64,000 nucleotides of DNA from Candidatus Poribacteria bacterium (GTDB lineage: Bacteria; Poribacteria; WGA-4E; WGA-3G), in assembly GCA_963665235.2 (NCBI GenBank), contig CAXXLX010000001.1:2944001-3008000 (forward strand). The letters are read 5' to 3'. Both the position numbers and the translations under genes were made by a program. Shown in pieces: positions 39,462 through 50,890 of this stretch (position 1 is its first letter; each line of letters begins with the position of its first letter). The notes below the pieces were generated by a model that had not been told where the DNA came from, did not search any database, and saw only the letters and a list, made by a program, of their open reading frames with translations.

Positions 39462-40878
39462 ACGTCCGAACATTCTTTTTATTAACACCGACCAGCACTC
39501 ATGGCACGCGCTCTCGGTTTACGGAAATCCGTATCTCCACACGCCTAATATTGACAAACTCCACCGAAACGGAACATCTTTTCGCAACTCTTATTGCACC
39601 GACCCGGTGTGTGCAGCGGCACGCTCCAGCTGGGCGACAGGATTGTACACCTCGGAAACGGGGGTGCCTTTCAACGGAGGACATCTCCACTCAGATATTC
39701 CTGACATTGGACAGGTGCTCAAGGCGGGAGGGTATAGGGCATTTCACTGCGGTAAGTGGCATGTTCCCGGCAGGGATGTCCGTGAGAGTTTTGAGACCCT
39801 TTATTACGGACAACACACTATCGGGGCAGGCGGTGCTGCATATTACGACTCAGCCTCTACACACGCAGTCGCCAATTTTTTGACCACCTACGATAGCGAT
39901 GAGCCTTTTTATCTACAACTCGGTTATATTGACCCGCACGACGTATGCGAATATTTGCATAACCATGAGGAGAAACAGATTCCAAACCCTGTGGAGCAGG
40001 GAATTGTCTCGGAAAAGGCGCTGCCACCGCTTCCGGAAAACTTCAATTACGATGAACGTGAAACAGTGCTACATCGCGTCTGCCGAAGGGTTGATAACGC
40101 ACTTATTCATGCACGCATCCTTAAAGCGGTGCGCGAGTGGGACGAACTTCAGTGGCGTTATTTCACTTGGAACTACTATCGATTCATAGAAAAAGTTGAC
40201 GCGGAAATCGGAAGAGTGCTTGATTTGCTCCGAAAAACAGATTTGCATGAGAACACTGTCATTATTTTCAGCGCGGACCACGGTGAGGCATCCGGGAGCC
40301 ACCAGATGTTTCAGAAGTTCACACTATACGAGGAGAGCGTGCGTGTACCTTTTATCGTAGCATGCCTCGGAGAAGAAATCTCTATCCAAAAAGAGCGGTT
40401 TGACGAAACCCATTTCATTTCAGGCGTAGATATCTTTCCCACTATCTGTGATTACGCAGGAATTGACCCTCCGGAAGCGGTACAAGGGAGAAGCGTACGC
40501 CCTCTTGCTGAAGGGAGAGATGTTTCTTGGCGTGAGTACGCATATATAGAATCCAATTATTGGGGACGCGCAATTGTCACTGAGCAGTATAAATACATCA
40601 CTGAATACAAACCGAAAGAGATAGCCGATTTTCTACCCCCCGGGCCGGATGCTGAAAACCTCGGCGTTGCACAGTTGTTCAACCGACACGTTGTTCCTTC
40701 GGAAACGGTGAATCTAGCAGATGTAGCGGCGTACAGCGAAACGGTTGAAGCGTGCAGGGAGAAACTCTTCGCCCAAGAAGCTGAACTCTGCAGGCGGCAA
40801 ATTGTACATCAAGGTGCACAACGGATAATTTCAAACTGGGGCAAGCGGTTGAACGCCTATTGGACACACGGAGAATAA
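39454..40878 (+). CDS. sulfatase
   Basis: RPNILFINTDQ, CAAAR, GKWH, SADHG. Confidence 0.92.
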   Translation: MDKRPNILFINTDQHSWHALSVYGNPYLHTPNIDKLHRNGTSFRNSYCTDPVCAAARSSWATGLYTSETGVPFNGGHLHSDIPDIGQVLKAGGYRAFHCGKWHVPGRDVRESFETLYYGQHTIGAGGAAYYDSASTHAVANFLTTYDSDEPFYLQLGYIDPHDVCEYLHNHEEKQIPNPVEQGIVSEKALPPLPENFNYDERETVLHRVCRRVDNALIHARILKAVREWDELQWRYFTWNYYRFIEKVDAEIGRVLDLLRKTDLHENTVIIFSADHGEASGSHQMFQKFTLYEESVRVPFIVACLGEEISIQKERFDETHFISGVDIFPTICDYAGIDPPEAVQGRSVRPLAEGRDVSWREYAYIESNYWGRAIVTEQYKYITEYKPKEIADFLPPGPDAENLGVAQLFNRHVVPSETVNLADVAAYSETVEACREKLFAQEAELCRRQIVHQGAQRIISNWGKRLNAYWTHGE

Positions 40879-40915
40879 GGTAAAGGAAATTGGTTTTTTT
40901 ATAGAAGGGGAAAAA

Positions 40916-42091
40916 ATGAATATATTTTCAAAACGCTTAAATCGGTTACCACCCTATATGCTTGGGAAACTGAAGCATTTGACACATGAACGGCGGCAAT
41001 TAGGTGTAGATATTATCGATTTGGGGATGGGAAATCCGAATCAACCGACTCCGCAGCCTATCGTCGATAAATTGACAGAAGCAGCCCAGGAACTACGGCA
41101 TCACCGGTATTCGGCTTCCCGTGGCATCTTCAATCTGCGGCGGGAAATCAGTTGGCATTATGAACGCCGGTTCGGGGTGGATATAAACCCGGACAGTGAA
41201 GCTATTGCCGTTATTGGCACTAAAGAGGGGCTTGGTCATCTCGCTTTAGCCTTAATTGATGAGGGGGATTTGGCGATGGTGCCTAATCCGACCTTTCCTA
41301 TTCATACATATAGCATCGTTCTTGCAGGTGGGAGCGTTGTCAGCATCCCACTAACAGAGGAGAACGATTTTGTTCCCTCCCTTGCCGAAATTACACGCGA
41401 CATTTGGCCGAGACCCAAGGTGTTGATATTGAGTTTTCCGCATAACCCTACCGGGGCTGTGGTAGATTTATCTTTCTTTGAGGAGGTTGTCGATTTCGCG
41501 AAGCAGCAGGAAATGATTGTAATTCACGATTTGGCTTATGCGGACATCGTTTTCGATGGATATAAGGCACCCAGTTTTTTACAAGCGAAGGGGGCGAAGG
41601 ATGTCGGGGTAGAGTTTTTCTCGCTCTCTAAATCCTATAACATGGCGGGATGGCGATGCGGGTTCGCTGTTGGAAATCGGGATATCATTGAGGCACTCGC
41701 GCGTATCAAAGGGTATTACGACTACGGCATTTTCGCACCGATTCAGGTCGCCGCAATTATGGCACTCCGAACACCAGCAGATGTCGTTGCGGAGAACGCC
41801 GACGTTTATCAGAAACGCCGCGATGTGCTAGTATCAGGGTTAAACAGAATCGGTTGGAAGGTGCCGAAACCGATGGCAACTATGTTCGTCTGGGCACCGA
41901 TTCCGGAACCTTGGCAGCATTTGAACTCTATGGCGTTCGCGACGAAACTGCTGAATGAGGCGGAGGTCTGTGTTTCGCCCGGTGCGGGGTTTGGGCACAA
42001 CGGTGAGGGGTACATCCGCATCGCGCTTGTGGAGAACGAAGATAGGATTCGTCAAGCGGTACGGCAAATTCGGAAAGCACTGTTCGGTTAG
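40916..42091 (+). CDS. PLP-dependent class I/II aminotransferase (AlaC/LL-DAP-AT-like)
   Basis: HNPTG, HDLAY, SLSKSYNMAGWR. Confidence 0.93.
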   Translation: MNIFSKRLNRLPPYMLGKLKHLTHERRQLGVDIIDLGMGNPNQPTPQPIVDKLTEAAQELRHHRYSASRGIFNLRREISWHYERRFGVDINPDSEAIAVIGTKEGLGHLALALIDEGDLAMVPNPTFPIHTYSIVLAGGSVVSIPLTEENDFVPSLAEITRDIWPRPKVLILSFPHNPTGAVVDLSFFEEVVDFAKQQEMIVIHDLAYADIVFDGYKAPSFLQAKGAKDVGVEFFSLSKSYNMAGWRCGFAVGNRDIIEALARIKGYYDYGIFAPIQVAAIMALRTPADVVAENADVYQKRRDVLVSGLNRIGWKVPKPMATMFVWAPIPEPWQHLNSMAFATKLLNEAEVCVSPGAGFGHNGEGYIRIALVENEDRIRQAVRQIRKALFG

Positions 42092-42232
42092 CAGCTCTTA
42101 ATACGCTTGACAGCGGATTTTAAAATGCACAGCGGGCCGCCCCCCGCTATAACCCTATCGTTCCTATGAGGCGTGGGTTAAGAGGGGGGAAGTAGATTCC
42201 ACGGCGTGTCCATATTTGTAGGCTCGCCTTTG

Positions 42233-43135
42233 CTATTCCAGCCCCCACTGCTTCTTGGCTTCCTCAAACGAAATTTTTTGGCCGCCGGTATGAGAAATCG
42301 GGTTTTTGCCGACCCACCGTTCATCAATCGGGTGTGCTGCAGGTTGAAAACGGATGTCACAACTAACGCGCCACCTATCGGAGAGATTTTTGGTAGACGT
42401 GTGCATCGTATGCATAGTGAAGATGATAACATCTCCCATCTCAAAATCGGCTGTTTGCCAGGCTCCGCCATATTTTTCGCTAATTGCCATCGGGTCCCGG
42501 CCGAAATGTCCGGGCGTTCCATCCTTATCCACATCGGTTTTACCGTAGGTGTCGCGAATGCGGGCAAAACTCGGTAGGTTATGCGAACCGACAAGCACGG
42601 TTAAAGTGCCCATTGTCGCAGGGACATCACCGAACGGCACCCAGCAGGTGTGCAACTGTTTCGATCCTCTGCCCATATAGACGAAGTCAAAATGGGGGCC
42701 TGACCAACCATCAGGGCGTACGAACCGTAGCCATTTGTAGTCAAAGGTGCGGGTATCGCTGCTGAAAAACTTACGGAAGAATGTAAAAAGCTCGTCCCCT
42801 TCCAGCACAGACAGGACATCCGGATGGTGCGTAACAGCCGGGGCACCCATGGTCCGTCCTGGACTGCCATTGCCTGCGATAGCGTCCATCAGCTCGGTCC
42901 CCGATTTGAAAACCTCATCCCTTCCGTTCCCTTCAGCGTATTCAAGAATAGCCCGCCGGGCTGCGATAATTTTCTCCTTGTCAATTAAACCGCGAACGAG
43001 TAGGTATCCATCTGCTGCTATCTGTTCGTGTAACCCTTCAGCGGAATCGAGTACAGCATTGCAATCCCGCAGGACTCCGAGGTTCGGTCCTGGAAAGGTG
43101 ACTTCGTGGTCTCCAACAAAAACGGTCTTTTTCAC
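42233..43135 (-). CDS. phytanoyl-CoA dioxygenase (PhyH) family protein
   Basis: HFDFVYMGRG, GSH, GDVIIF...MH, R.SCD.RFQ. Confidence 0.88.
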   Translation of the reverse strand: MKKTVFVGDHEVTFPGPNLGVLRDCNAVLDSAEGLHEQIAADGYLLVRGLIDKEKIIAARRAILEYAEGNGRDEVFKSGTELMDAIAGNGSPGRTMGAPAVTHHPDVLSVLEGDELFTFFRKFFSSDTRTFDYKWLRFVRPDGWSGPHFDFVYMGRGSKQLHTCWVPFGDVPATMGTLTVLVGSHNLPSFARIRDTYGKTDVDKDGTPGHFGRDPMAISEKYGGAWQTADFEMGDVIIFTMHTMHTSTKNLSDRWRVSCDIRFQPAAHPIDERWVGKNPISHTGGQKISFEEAKKQWGLE

Positions 43136-43295
43136 AATTTTTCTCCTAAAAGGTTAGTGGCACGTTATCCGCTGCACCTAAATCCATGATTCAGCGACTT
43201 CTGCAAACGGAACATGCCCATTTTCGTGATATGCTAACTTGGGGTTACAAACCCTTTCTACGTTAAAATTGTTTTAGCACCAAATCCGCCATCTT

Positions 43296-44375
43296 TTAGA
43301 CGAAAAGCACCCACATCGGATTTTCACCGACAGCATAATTTTCGAGCGGAGCGAGTGCCCCACTCTTCCGATTGATACGATAAGTAGCAAGCCTGCCAGA
43401 CCCTTGTCCGCCGACAAATAGGTAGTTCCCTGTCTCGTCAATGTTGAAAACGCGAGGTGTTGGTTCCGTGGGTTGGTGGCCCAAAGCTGTTAATTCCCCC
43501 CGCTCTTGCTCGATTGAAAATATTGCAATACTGTCATGACCGCGGTTTGAGACATAGAGAAACTTCGCGTGCGGGTCAATATGAATTTGTGCACAGCTAT
43601 TATGTCCATCAAAATCTTCAGGGAGGGTTGAAATTGTTTGAAACGGTGCCAAGAGCCCAGGAGCATTGTCAAAGGTATAGCCCGGGTCCCCCAAATTTGC
43701 GTTTAAAAGTCCCGACTTTCCATGCTGAAGGGTGTAGGCGGAAACACTTGAGCCCTGTTCATTTGAGCAGTAGAGAATCGGTTTGTTCGGATGCTCACAG
43801 TAATGTCGAGGCCCAACTGGGTCATCCAGCACCAAATGCCCGAAGGGGTTTTCAGTCAACATGCCCGTATCCGGGTCGAAGTGAAACTGATAGATGGCGT
43901 TCCGGGGCACGGTGTGTGGTACGAAAACGAAGCGGTTTGATGCATCTGTCTCAATGTAATGGGCGTGTGGCGCAGTTTCAACGGTTTGGAGTGTTTCAGC
44001 CTCTACAACTGTATCTTCAACTGCTTTATTGAACTTAATCGGATGCACAGTAATCTTGCCTGCCCCGTAATAGGCGGAGAGCAGAAATTTGCCGGTTTTG
44101 TCGGTTGCAATGTAGCAGGTGTCTGCGTCAAGTTGAATCGTGTTTAAAAGCTTAATCTGGGTGGTACCGTAAGACTTAATGCGGAAGGTTGAAATTTCTC
44201 GGCTGGAGCGGAGCCCCGCATATAGATAGACACCGCACGGCGATAACGCTAGCGGACCGGGCGAGCCGCTGACGCTGAGATTTTCCTGAAATTCAAGTTT
44301 GCCGCTATACACATTAAACGTATAGATGGCGATTCTGTTTTCTCCGGCAATGGAGAGATAAACGTGAGATTGCAT
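43296..44375 (-). CDS. lactonase family (6-phosphogluconolactonase-like) beta-propeller
   Basis: PHAH, GPRH, YVSNRGHDSI, PRVF. Confidence 0.9.
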   Translation of the reverse strand: MQSHVYLSIAGENRIAIYTFNVYSGKLEFQENLSVSGSPGPLALSPCGVYLYAGLRSSREISTFRIKSYGTTQIKLLNTIQLDADTCYIATDKTGKFLLSAYYGAGKITVHPIKFNKAVEDTVVEAETLQTVETAPHAHYIETDASNRFVFVPHTVPRNAIYQFHFDPDTGMLTENPFGHLVLDDPVGPRHYCEHPNKPILYCSNEQGSSVSAYTLQHGKSGLLNANLGDPGYTFDNAPGLLAPFQTISTLPEDFDGHNSCAQIHIDPHAKFLYVSNRGHDSIAIFSIEQERGELTALGHQPTEPTPRVFNIDETGNYLFVGGQGSGRLATYRINRKSGALAPLENYAVGENPMWVLFV

Positions 44376-44451
44376 ATTTCTGTTCCTTGTTATGGTTGTT
44401 TGCTATTGTCAGTTTTGAATACGTGTGCTATTATACCAAAAAAGGAGAATT

Positions 44452-44736
44452 ATGACAATTCAAAAATTTCAGAAGCTGATTGAGACTATCTATTACGAAC
44501 GCGATGCGGAGCGCGGGGTGCCGTTAACCTTCACCTGGTTCGTTGAGGAGGTCGGTGAGTTGGCAAAAGAGATTCGAAAACAACCGCAGGATATGGAACG
44601 ACTGCGTGAGGAATTCGCGGATGTTTTTGCATGGCTCGCCACATTAGCGAGCCTGCTCGACATTTCTCTTGAGGATGCAGCGCAAATCTACGCAGCAGGG
44701 TGTCCGAAATGCTGCAGCACTCCATGCGATTGTTAG
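44452..44736 (+). CDS. single-domain MazG-like NTP pyrophosphohydrolase
   Basis: EEVGEL, EEFADV, C-terminal CPKC...C.C; RBS AAGGAG. Confidence 0.88.
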   Translation: MTIQKFQKLIETIYYERDAERGVPLTFTWFVEEVGELAKEIRKQPQDMERLREEFADVFAWLATLASLLDISLEDAAQIYAAGCPKCCSTPCDC

Positions 44737-44750
44737 ACCGGTCTTTAGTG

Positions 44751-46124
44751 TCATTCAGGAAGTAAACAGATTCCCTCAAGTTCAAGAAGTGTGGGCTCTT
44801 CATTTACGTCAAGTTGCAATTGCCGCCCTCTAAATTTGACTTGTAGCTGCGCAGGCGTGAGAAGCTCCATATCCAATTGGAGTATGTCTTCAACTGTGTT
44901 CGACAACTTTAGATAGAGCACTGATATCAAACGCGCGAATCGTTCGAATTTCTCTGGCGTGTCTCTAAAATGTTGATAGAGCGGGGGGATAGGGGACATG
45001 AATGCTTGGAGCTTGTTGCCGTATTGCGATGAAAGTTCACCCCGGAGCTGTCCTTCCAACAGCATTTGATGGAAGATAGTTTTTTGCGTCAACGCAGTAC
45101 TGGCGGTCTCCAACTTCTCGTCAAGGAGCAACCGTTTTGCACGCATCGCAGCAATCTGCGCGAGTGTGAGTTCTTCACAATAGACCTTTTCGGTCCGATA
45201 CTTAAACGCCTTTCCGGTTGTGTCTTTCGTGAGGAGGAGCTCCCAGAGCGTTTCGCCTTCGGTTGAGATTTGTGAGACCTCCCGCGGTTTTACCCACAAC
45301 GCATCTTCCGCATGTGCGAAGGCTATAACGTCATGCTGTCCCTTTCGCAAGGCGGATAAGAGGGCAGCTTGTTCACAGGAGGCGGGACACAGCGTCAGAG
45401 AGATGTCGGTTGACCCCCAATGCACTTTTTGAAACGGAATGAAATAGTGTCGACCCTCTACCGAACGGAATAGAACACATTCGCTGTCCGATTTCACCCC
45501 CGTGTATGCGCTTTTAGCATTTTCAGAAGCAGCAGGCGGTATAATGTCAAGAATCTGTTGAATACCTGCGTCCCAATCTTCATGAAGCGCAATAGGTTGA
45601 AGGGAACGTAACGTTTCACCCCCGCCGATGTCAATATCGGGCAGCTCACATGCGTTCAGTTTCACAGGAATAAACCATACCTTGTCAACAGGTTTGTGCT
45701 GGAGGTTTTCGATTGCGACAGAGAGCTCTTCATTCATAAACGTCTTATTGCCAACGTTGTATTCCTTCGAAAAACAGGCGACAAAGAAAGTGCTGTGTGC
45801 GATTGCTTGTTGGATTGCCTGTTGTATGAGTACACCAGGGTTCAAATTATCGCGGTCCAGCCAAACGGTGATGCCGTGTGCCGTAAGGGTTTGGCAGAGC
45901 CGGTCGACAGCTGCTTTGTCCTCTTGGCAGTAAGAGATAAAAACGTGTCGGAGTGCTCTCGCCTGCTTAATTTCCATGTTCTCATGGTTGACTAAGCGTG
46001 CCTTGAAGGCTTCACGACGTTGTTGAAGCACCTCTTGTGCAGGACGAATTTTGGACAGCTCGGGCCCATGTTCCCGCGTGTAAGCTTGATAATCAAATTC
46101 AACTTCTTCTTCTGTTGTATTCAT
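44751..46124 (-). CDS. TIR-domain protein
   Basis: HVFISY, VWLD, FMNEEL, FIPV; unassigned C-terminal domain. Confidence 0.85.
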   Translation of the reverse strand: MNTTEEEVEFDYQAYTREHGPELSKIRPAQEVLQQRREAFKARLVNHENMEIKQARALRHVFISYCQEDKAAVDRLCQTLTAHGITVWLDRDNLNPGVLIQQAIQQAIAHSTFFVACFSKEYNVGNKTFMNEELSVAIENLQHKPVDKVWFIPVKLNACELPDIDIGGGETLRSLQPIALHEDWDAGIQQILDIIPPAASENAKSAYTGVKSDSECVLFRSVEGRHYFIPFQKVHWGSTDISLTLCPASCEQAALLSALRKGQHDVIAFAHAEDALWVKPREVSQISTEGETLWELLLTKDTTGKAFKYRTEKVYCEELTLAQIAAMRAKRLLLDEKLETASTALTQKTIFHQMLLEGQLRGELSSQYGNKLQAFMSPIPPLYQHFRDTPEKFERFARLISVLYLKLSNTVEDILQLDMELLTPAQLQVKFRGRQLQLDVNEEPTLLELEGICLLPE

Positions 46125-46234
46125 CGGTAAACCTCCGTTCGGCATCAGAAGCAGTGATTAAAACGAACTCCACAAGCACAAGCGAGGATTGGTCCCGTGA
46201 GATATGCCTATACGTATTCCGCCCTCCGAATCTG

Positions 46235-47512
46235 CTAACCCCCATTCACAAACTGCTCGAAGTTCCCGCCGAATAGATTGTTGACATCCCGCTCAATTTC
46301 TGATGACGTTAGGGTCCATCCGACATCAAGGAGTGTTTGGTATTTTTCTATCAAAACGTCTGCTATAATCTGACGCGAATGTTTCCACTTGTACACAAGC
46401 TGGTCTAAGATACGTGCGTCGGAATGCTGTGGAATGACGCTCAAGCCAAGCAGTTCAATCCGTTCTCGGGTGATTTCCTCAATGATGCTCGGATTGTTCA
46501 TAAACCACCAACACCCGAATATCATCAGGTTTTTGAATTTCCGCCCTATGACACACAATTCATGCTGGTTCTCACGCGCCAAGAGGGTGACAAGGAATTT
46601 ATTGTCTGGATTTTCACGGAGCAGGGTCTCTAGACTTGTCAGGTCTGCTTTGCCGGTGCCATCGCCTGCCATCCGGAGTTGCGGGTTAACGGCGCGTTTC
46701 ACGCCAATCATTAAAGCGAACGGAATGTTGAATTCACGCGAGACCGGCAATATGCAGTCATCAAATAACCGCCCGAAGCTACCATGGTCCGGATATTGAA
46801 AATCTGGCGGGAGAGAGACCGCCATGTATTTGGGGTTCATCCGCTGAATCCACGTCTCCAGAAAACGACGGACCTCCTTGTGGCTCTTCTCATAAGCAAA
46901 AATTGGGTCTACGTCATAGCCGAGTTCTTGAAGGTGTTGATAAGCGGTTTCTTCATAACTGTTGATGAGCACATCCATCCGAAGTGCTGCCTCAAAACGG
47001 GTATCCCCGATATTTCCCGATTCCCACACTGGGGATTCAGCCGGGTCAAATGGGTCATTGGTCATAACGACTTTCGTGACGTTTGCCCGTTCAAACACTG
47101 TGTCAATAAATGTCTCAACGGGGGTATCGGCGAAGTAAGCCCGATAGTCGGCAAGGTCCCGCGTGCCGACATCTAAGCCTAATTCGTTTAGTGTAGTGAT
47201 AACGCCGCGGCATGCTTCACTCACGGGTGAGTTTTCTATAAACAACGTCTGCCAAATCAGGTCCGCCTGCTGCGTTTTTGACATCGCCCAAAATTGTGGG
47301 TAGGAGATATCTGACTTTCGGAATACCTCCGCGATAAGGTAGTGATAGGTCAACAGCTCATCAATTCCCCACAATAGCAGGTCACCAAAAGGTGGACTGA
47401 AAAGGTGGGTGTGGATATCTGTGACGCTTTGAGAATGAACTGTGTTTAAAACGGTCCTCTTCAGGTCATCAACGGTCTGAATTTTTTGTGTGTGATTTGT
47501 CGATTCAGGCAT
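46235..47512 (-). CDS. uxaC: glucuronate (uronate) isomerase
   Basis: DIHTH, TNDPFD, GCWWF, HSDAR. Confidence 0.85.
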   Translation of the reverse strand: MPESTNHTQKIQTVDDLKRTVLNTVHSQSVTDIHTHLFSPPFGDLLLWGIDELLTYHYLIAEVFRKSDISYPQFWAMSKTQQADLIWQTLFIENSPVSEACRGVITTLNELGLDVGTRDLADYRAYFADTPVETFIDTVFERANVTKVVMTNDPFDPAESPVWESGNIGDTRFEAALRMDVLINSYEETAYQHLQELGYDVDPIFAYEKSHKEVRRFLETWIQRMNPKYMAVSLPPDFQYPDHGSFGRLFDDCILPVSREFNIPFALMIGVKRAVNPQLRMAGDGTGKADLTSLETLLRENPDNKFLVTLLARENQHELCVIGRKFKNLMIFGCWWFMNNPSIIEEITRERIELLGLSVIPQHSDARILDQLVYKWKHSRQIIADVLIEKYQTLLDVGWTLTSSEIERDVNNLFGGNFEQFVNGG

Positions 47513-47981
47513 TTTCACATTCTGTCTCCAGGTTCAGTTTGCAGCGGATGAAATCAACGACTTCATTAGCGGGGTATTTTCCAAATCGGACGTAAACGCC
47601 TCGGAAGTTTTCAAGCCGCGTGGGTTTCGCGAACGGGCTGAGTAGCACACCGTTTGCATCAACATAAAAGCTGCGGAACGTTGTCCAAGGACGCTCCGAC
47701 CTATAACAACACGCTGTGACGACGAGCTTTTCCGCTTCACATTCGTAACGAAACGGCAAAAAGTACTTGTGGAGCGACCCGAACAGAAAAAGTGCGGATA
47801 AAAAAACGATAAAGGGTGAGGGAAATCCGCTGTAGATAATAACAAGAAGGGCGGAGAGGAATAGGAGCAACAGCGCGGAACGTTTCCAATTCTCGACGAG
47901 CGGATGGACACGCCACGCGAGTTTTTCATCGGAGCCGTGTTCCTGCTCAGTTTTTCCCGAAATCTGATGTTCTTTTTGCAC
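47505..47981 (-). CDS. hypothetical membrane protein
   Basis: Two TM segments; LLSPF....RLENFRG. Confidence 0.75.
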   Translation of the reverse strand: MQKEHQISGKTEQEHGSDEKLAWRVHPLVENWKRSALLLLFLSALLVIIYSGFPSPFIVFLSALFLFGSLHKYFLPFRYECEAEKLVVTACCYRSERPWTTFRSFYVDANGVLLSPFAKPTRLENFRGVYVRFGKYPANEVVDFIRCKLNLETECENA

Positions 47982-48010
47982 GTGCTATTCTGGTCCTCTG
48001 TCGGTGTGGG

Positions 48011-48054
48011 GGTGCCCTTCGGGTTGTCCTCAGGTGCCCTTCGGGTTGTCCTCA
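48011..48054. repeat. 22-bp perfect tandem duplication at the secG 3' end
   Basis: GGTGCCCTTCGGGTTGTCCTCA occurs twice. Confidence 0.85.
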
Positions 48055-48473
48055 GTGGTGTCCTGTCCCTCTTCCGCGCCATTTTCTTCTTGAGGGGTTG
48101 GTTCGAGGGTGCCCTTCGGATTGTCCGCAGGCGTGCTTTCACCATCCGCTTCACTATTTTCAGTGTCTGCCGGTTGTTCTGTCTGTTGCTGCGTTTGTTC
48201 CGCTTCAATCGGCTTAAGTGTATTATCAGTGCTTTCGCCATAAAACCGCATCAAAAAGAGTGAAATGACCATAAATCCAACAGCGACCCAGGTTGTGAGT
48301 TTGCTAAGGAATGTCGCTGCGCCATGGCCGCCAAGCATGGATTGCATTTCAGCTCCGCCAAACGCGCTGGATGAAAGTCCTTCGCCTTTGCTGTCTTGTA
48401 ATAAAATGATCAGTGTTAAGACAACACAAATCGGAACGAAGAGTACGAGTGCAATACTAACAATAGTTTCCAT
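48030..48473 (-). CDS. secG: preprotein translocase subunit SecG with acidic tail
   Basis: ILLQDSKGEGL, FLSKLT; downstream of tpiA. Confidence 0.92.
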   Translation of the reverse strand: METIVSIALVLFVPICVVLTLIILLQDSKGEGLSSSAFGGAEMQSMLGGHGAATFLSKLTTWVAVGFMVISLFLMRFYGESTDNTLKPIEAEQTQQQTEQPADTENSEADGESTPADNPKGTLEPTPQEENGAEEGQDTTEDNPKGT

Positions 48474-48504
48474 AAGATAATCCTCTCTGTTTGTTTATTT
48501 AAAT

Positions 48505-49260
48505 CTATAGTGCCTGTTTAACAATTTGTGCAAACGATTCCGCGTCAAGGCTGGCACCGCCGACCAGGGCACCATCAACATCCGGTTGTGCCATCAGTTC
48601 CGCCGCATTCTCCGGCTTCACACTGCCACCGTATTGAATGCAAACCTGTGATGCAGCAGCATCCGAGTATGCTTTCGCTAGCAACCCTCGGATAAAGTTG
48701 TGGACCTCCTGTGCTTGGGTAGGTGTGGCTGTTTTCCCTGTGCCGATTGCCCAAACGGGTTCATACGCAATGACGCTAGTTAGCAGCTCTGCCTCTGACA
48801 GCCCCGCAATACCACCGGTGATGTGCGACTCAATAACCTGTTCCGTGTTACCTGCTTCTCGTTCCGCAAGTTGTTCGCCAACACAGATAATCGGTTTTAA
48901 GCGGTGTGCTAACGTTGCTTTTACCTTCCGATTGACGGTCTCATTCGTTTCGCCGAAGTATTGTCGCCGCTCTGAATGTCCAATGATAACGTAATCACAA
49001 CCGACATCCTTCAGCATCGGAGGTGAAATCTCGCCTGTAAACGCGCCGCTGTCCTCCCAATAGACATTCTGCGCGGCGAGTCGGATATTCGTGTCGGCTA
49101 TAACTTTACTAACCGCCGCAAGCGCGGTAAACGTGGGGGCGACGATAACCTCAACGCCAACGTTTTGTGCCACTAACGCCTTTAGTGCTGTGGTGAGTGC
49201 TACCGCTTCCGAAACCGTTTTGTTTAACTTCCAATTTCCTGCAATAATAGGTGTCCGCAT
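48505..49260 (-). CDS. tpiA: triosephosphate isomerase
   Basis: AGNWK, GHSERR, AYEPVWAIGTG. Confidence 0.98.
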   Translation of the reverse strand: MRTPIIAGNWKLNKTVSEAVALTTALKALVAQNVGVEVIVAPTFTALAAVSKVIADTNIRLAAQNVYWEDSGAFTGEISPPMLKDVGCDYVIIGHSERRQYFGETNETVNRKVKATLAHRLKPIICVGEQLAEREAGNTEQVIESHITGGIAGLSEAELLTSVIAYEPVWAIGTGKTATPTQAQEVHNFIRGLLAKAYSDAAASQVCIQYGGSVKPENAAELMAQPDVDGALVGGASLDAESFAQIVKQAL

Positions 49261-49345
49261 AGTCCTTTCCATGCCTCGGTCAAATCAAAGATGAAGTCTT
49301 TAAATAATCTCCCTCGGAGAATAGACCGAAACTCTCTTTCTCTTC

Positions 49346-50380
<1,035 letters not shown>

Positions 50381-50468
50381 TTATACCTTTTAATTATACC
50401 TTATTCTACAGTAAATTGCAAGCGCGTTTTTAGAAGGGGGGGTGTAAATATTTTGTCATAGGGATAGG

Positions 50469-50890
50469 TGGAAGGTTGGAAGGATGGAAGGTTGGAAGAA
50501 GTTGTCAGAATCACGGATTATCGCGGATTACACGGATTTCGCGGATTTTAAGATGCATATCTGTCAAGGTTTTGTGATTAAGTGATGTTTCGTTTTTTTG
50601 TCAGAATCGCGGATTACACAGAGGACACGGAGAACGCGGAAAAAGAGCGGTGTTGATAACATCTACGCATCTTTTGTCAGAATCGCGGATTTCGCTGATT
50701 TTAATTCTATAAACATACCGCCCCGATGGGGCTAGGTTGTGTTTTGTTTGGGTATTCTATAAAGATACCGCCCCGATGGGGCTAGGCTTTGGCACATCAG
50801 GGGTCTATTTTTCTGCTATTTGTCTTTGTGTGAGCAACTGTGAGAAAAATCGGAAATGCTTTGGGAATCAGGTATCAGGCGCACAGATAA
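50469..50890. repeat. composite repeat block (TGGAAGG. 8-mers, CGCGGATT arrays, two REP-like palindromes), homologous to 57208-57490
   Basis: TGTCAGAATC.CGGATT three times; CTATAAA.ATACCGCCCCGATGGGGCTA twice. Confidence 0.8.

Noticed and set aside
47534-48241. 235-aa minus-strand ORF
   Set aside because: Alternative frame overlapping secG and the membrane protein gene; composition is not protein-like
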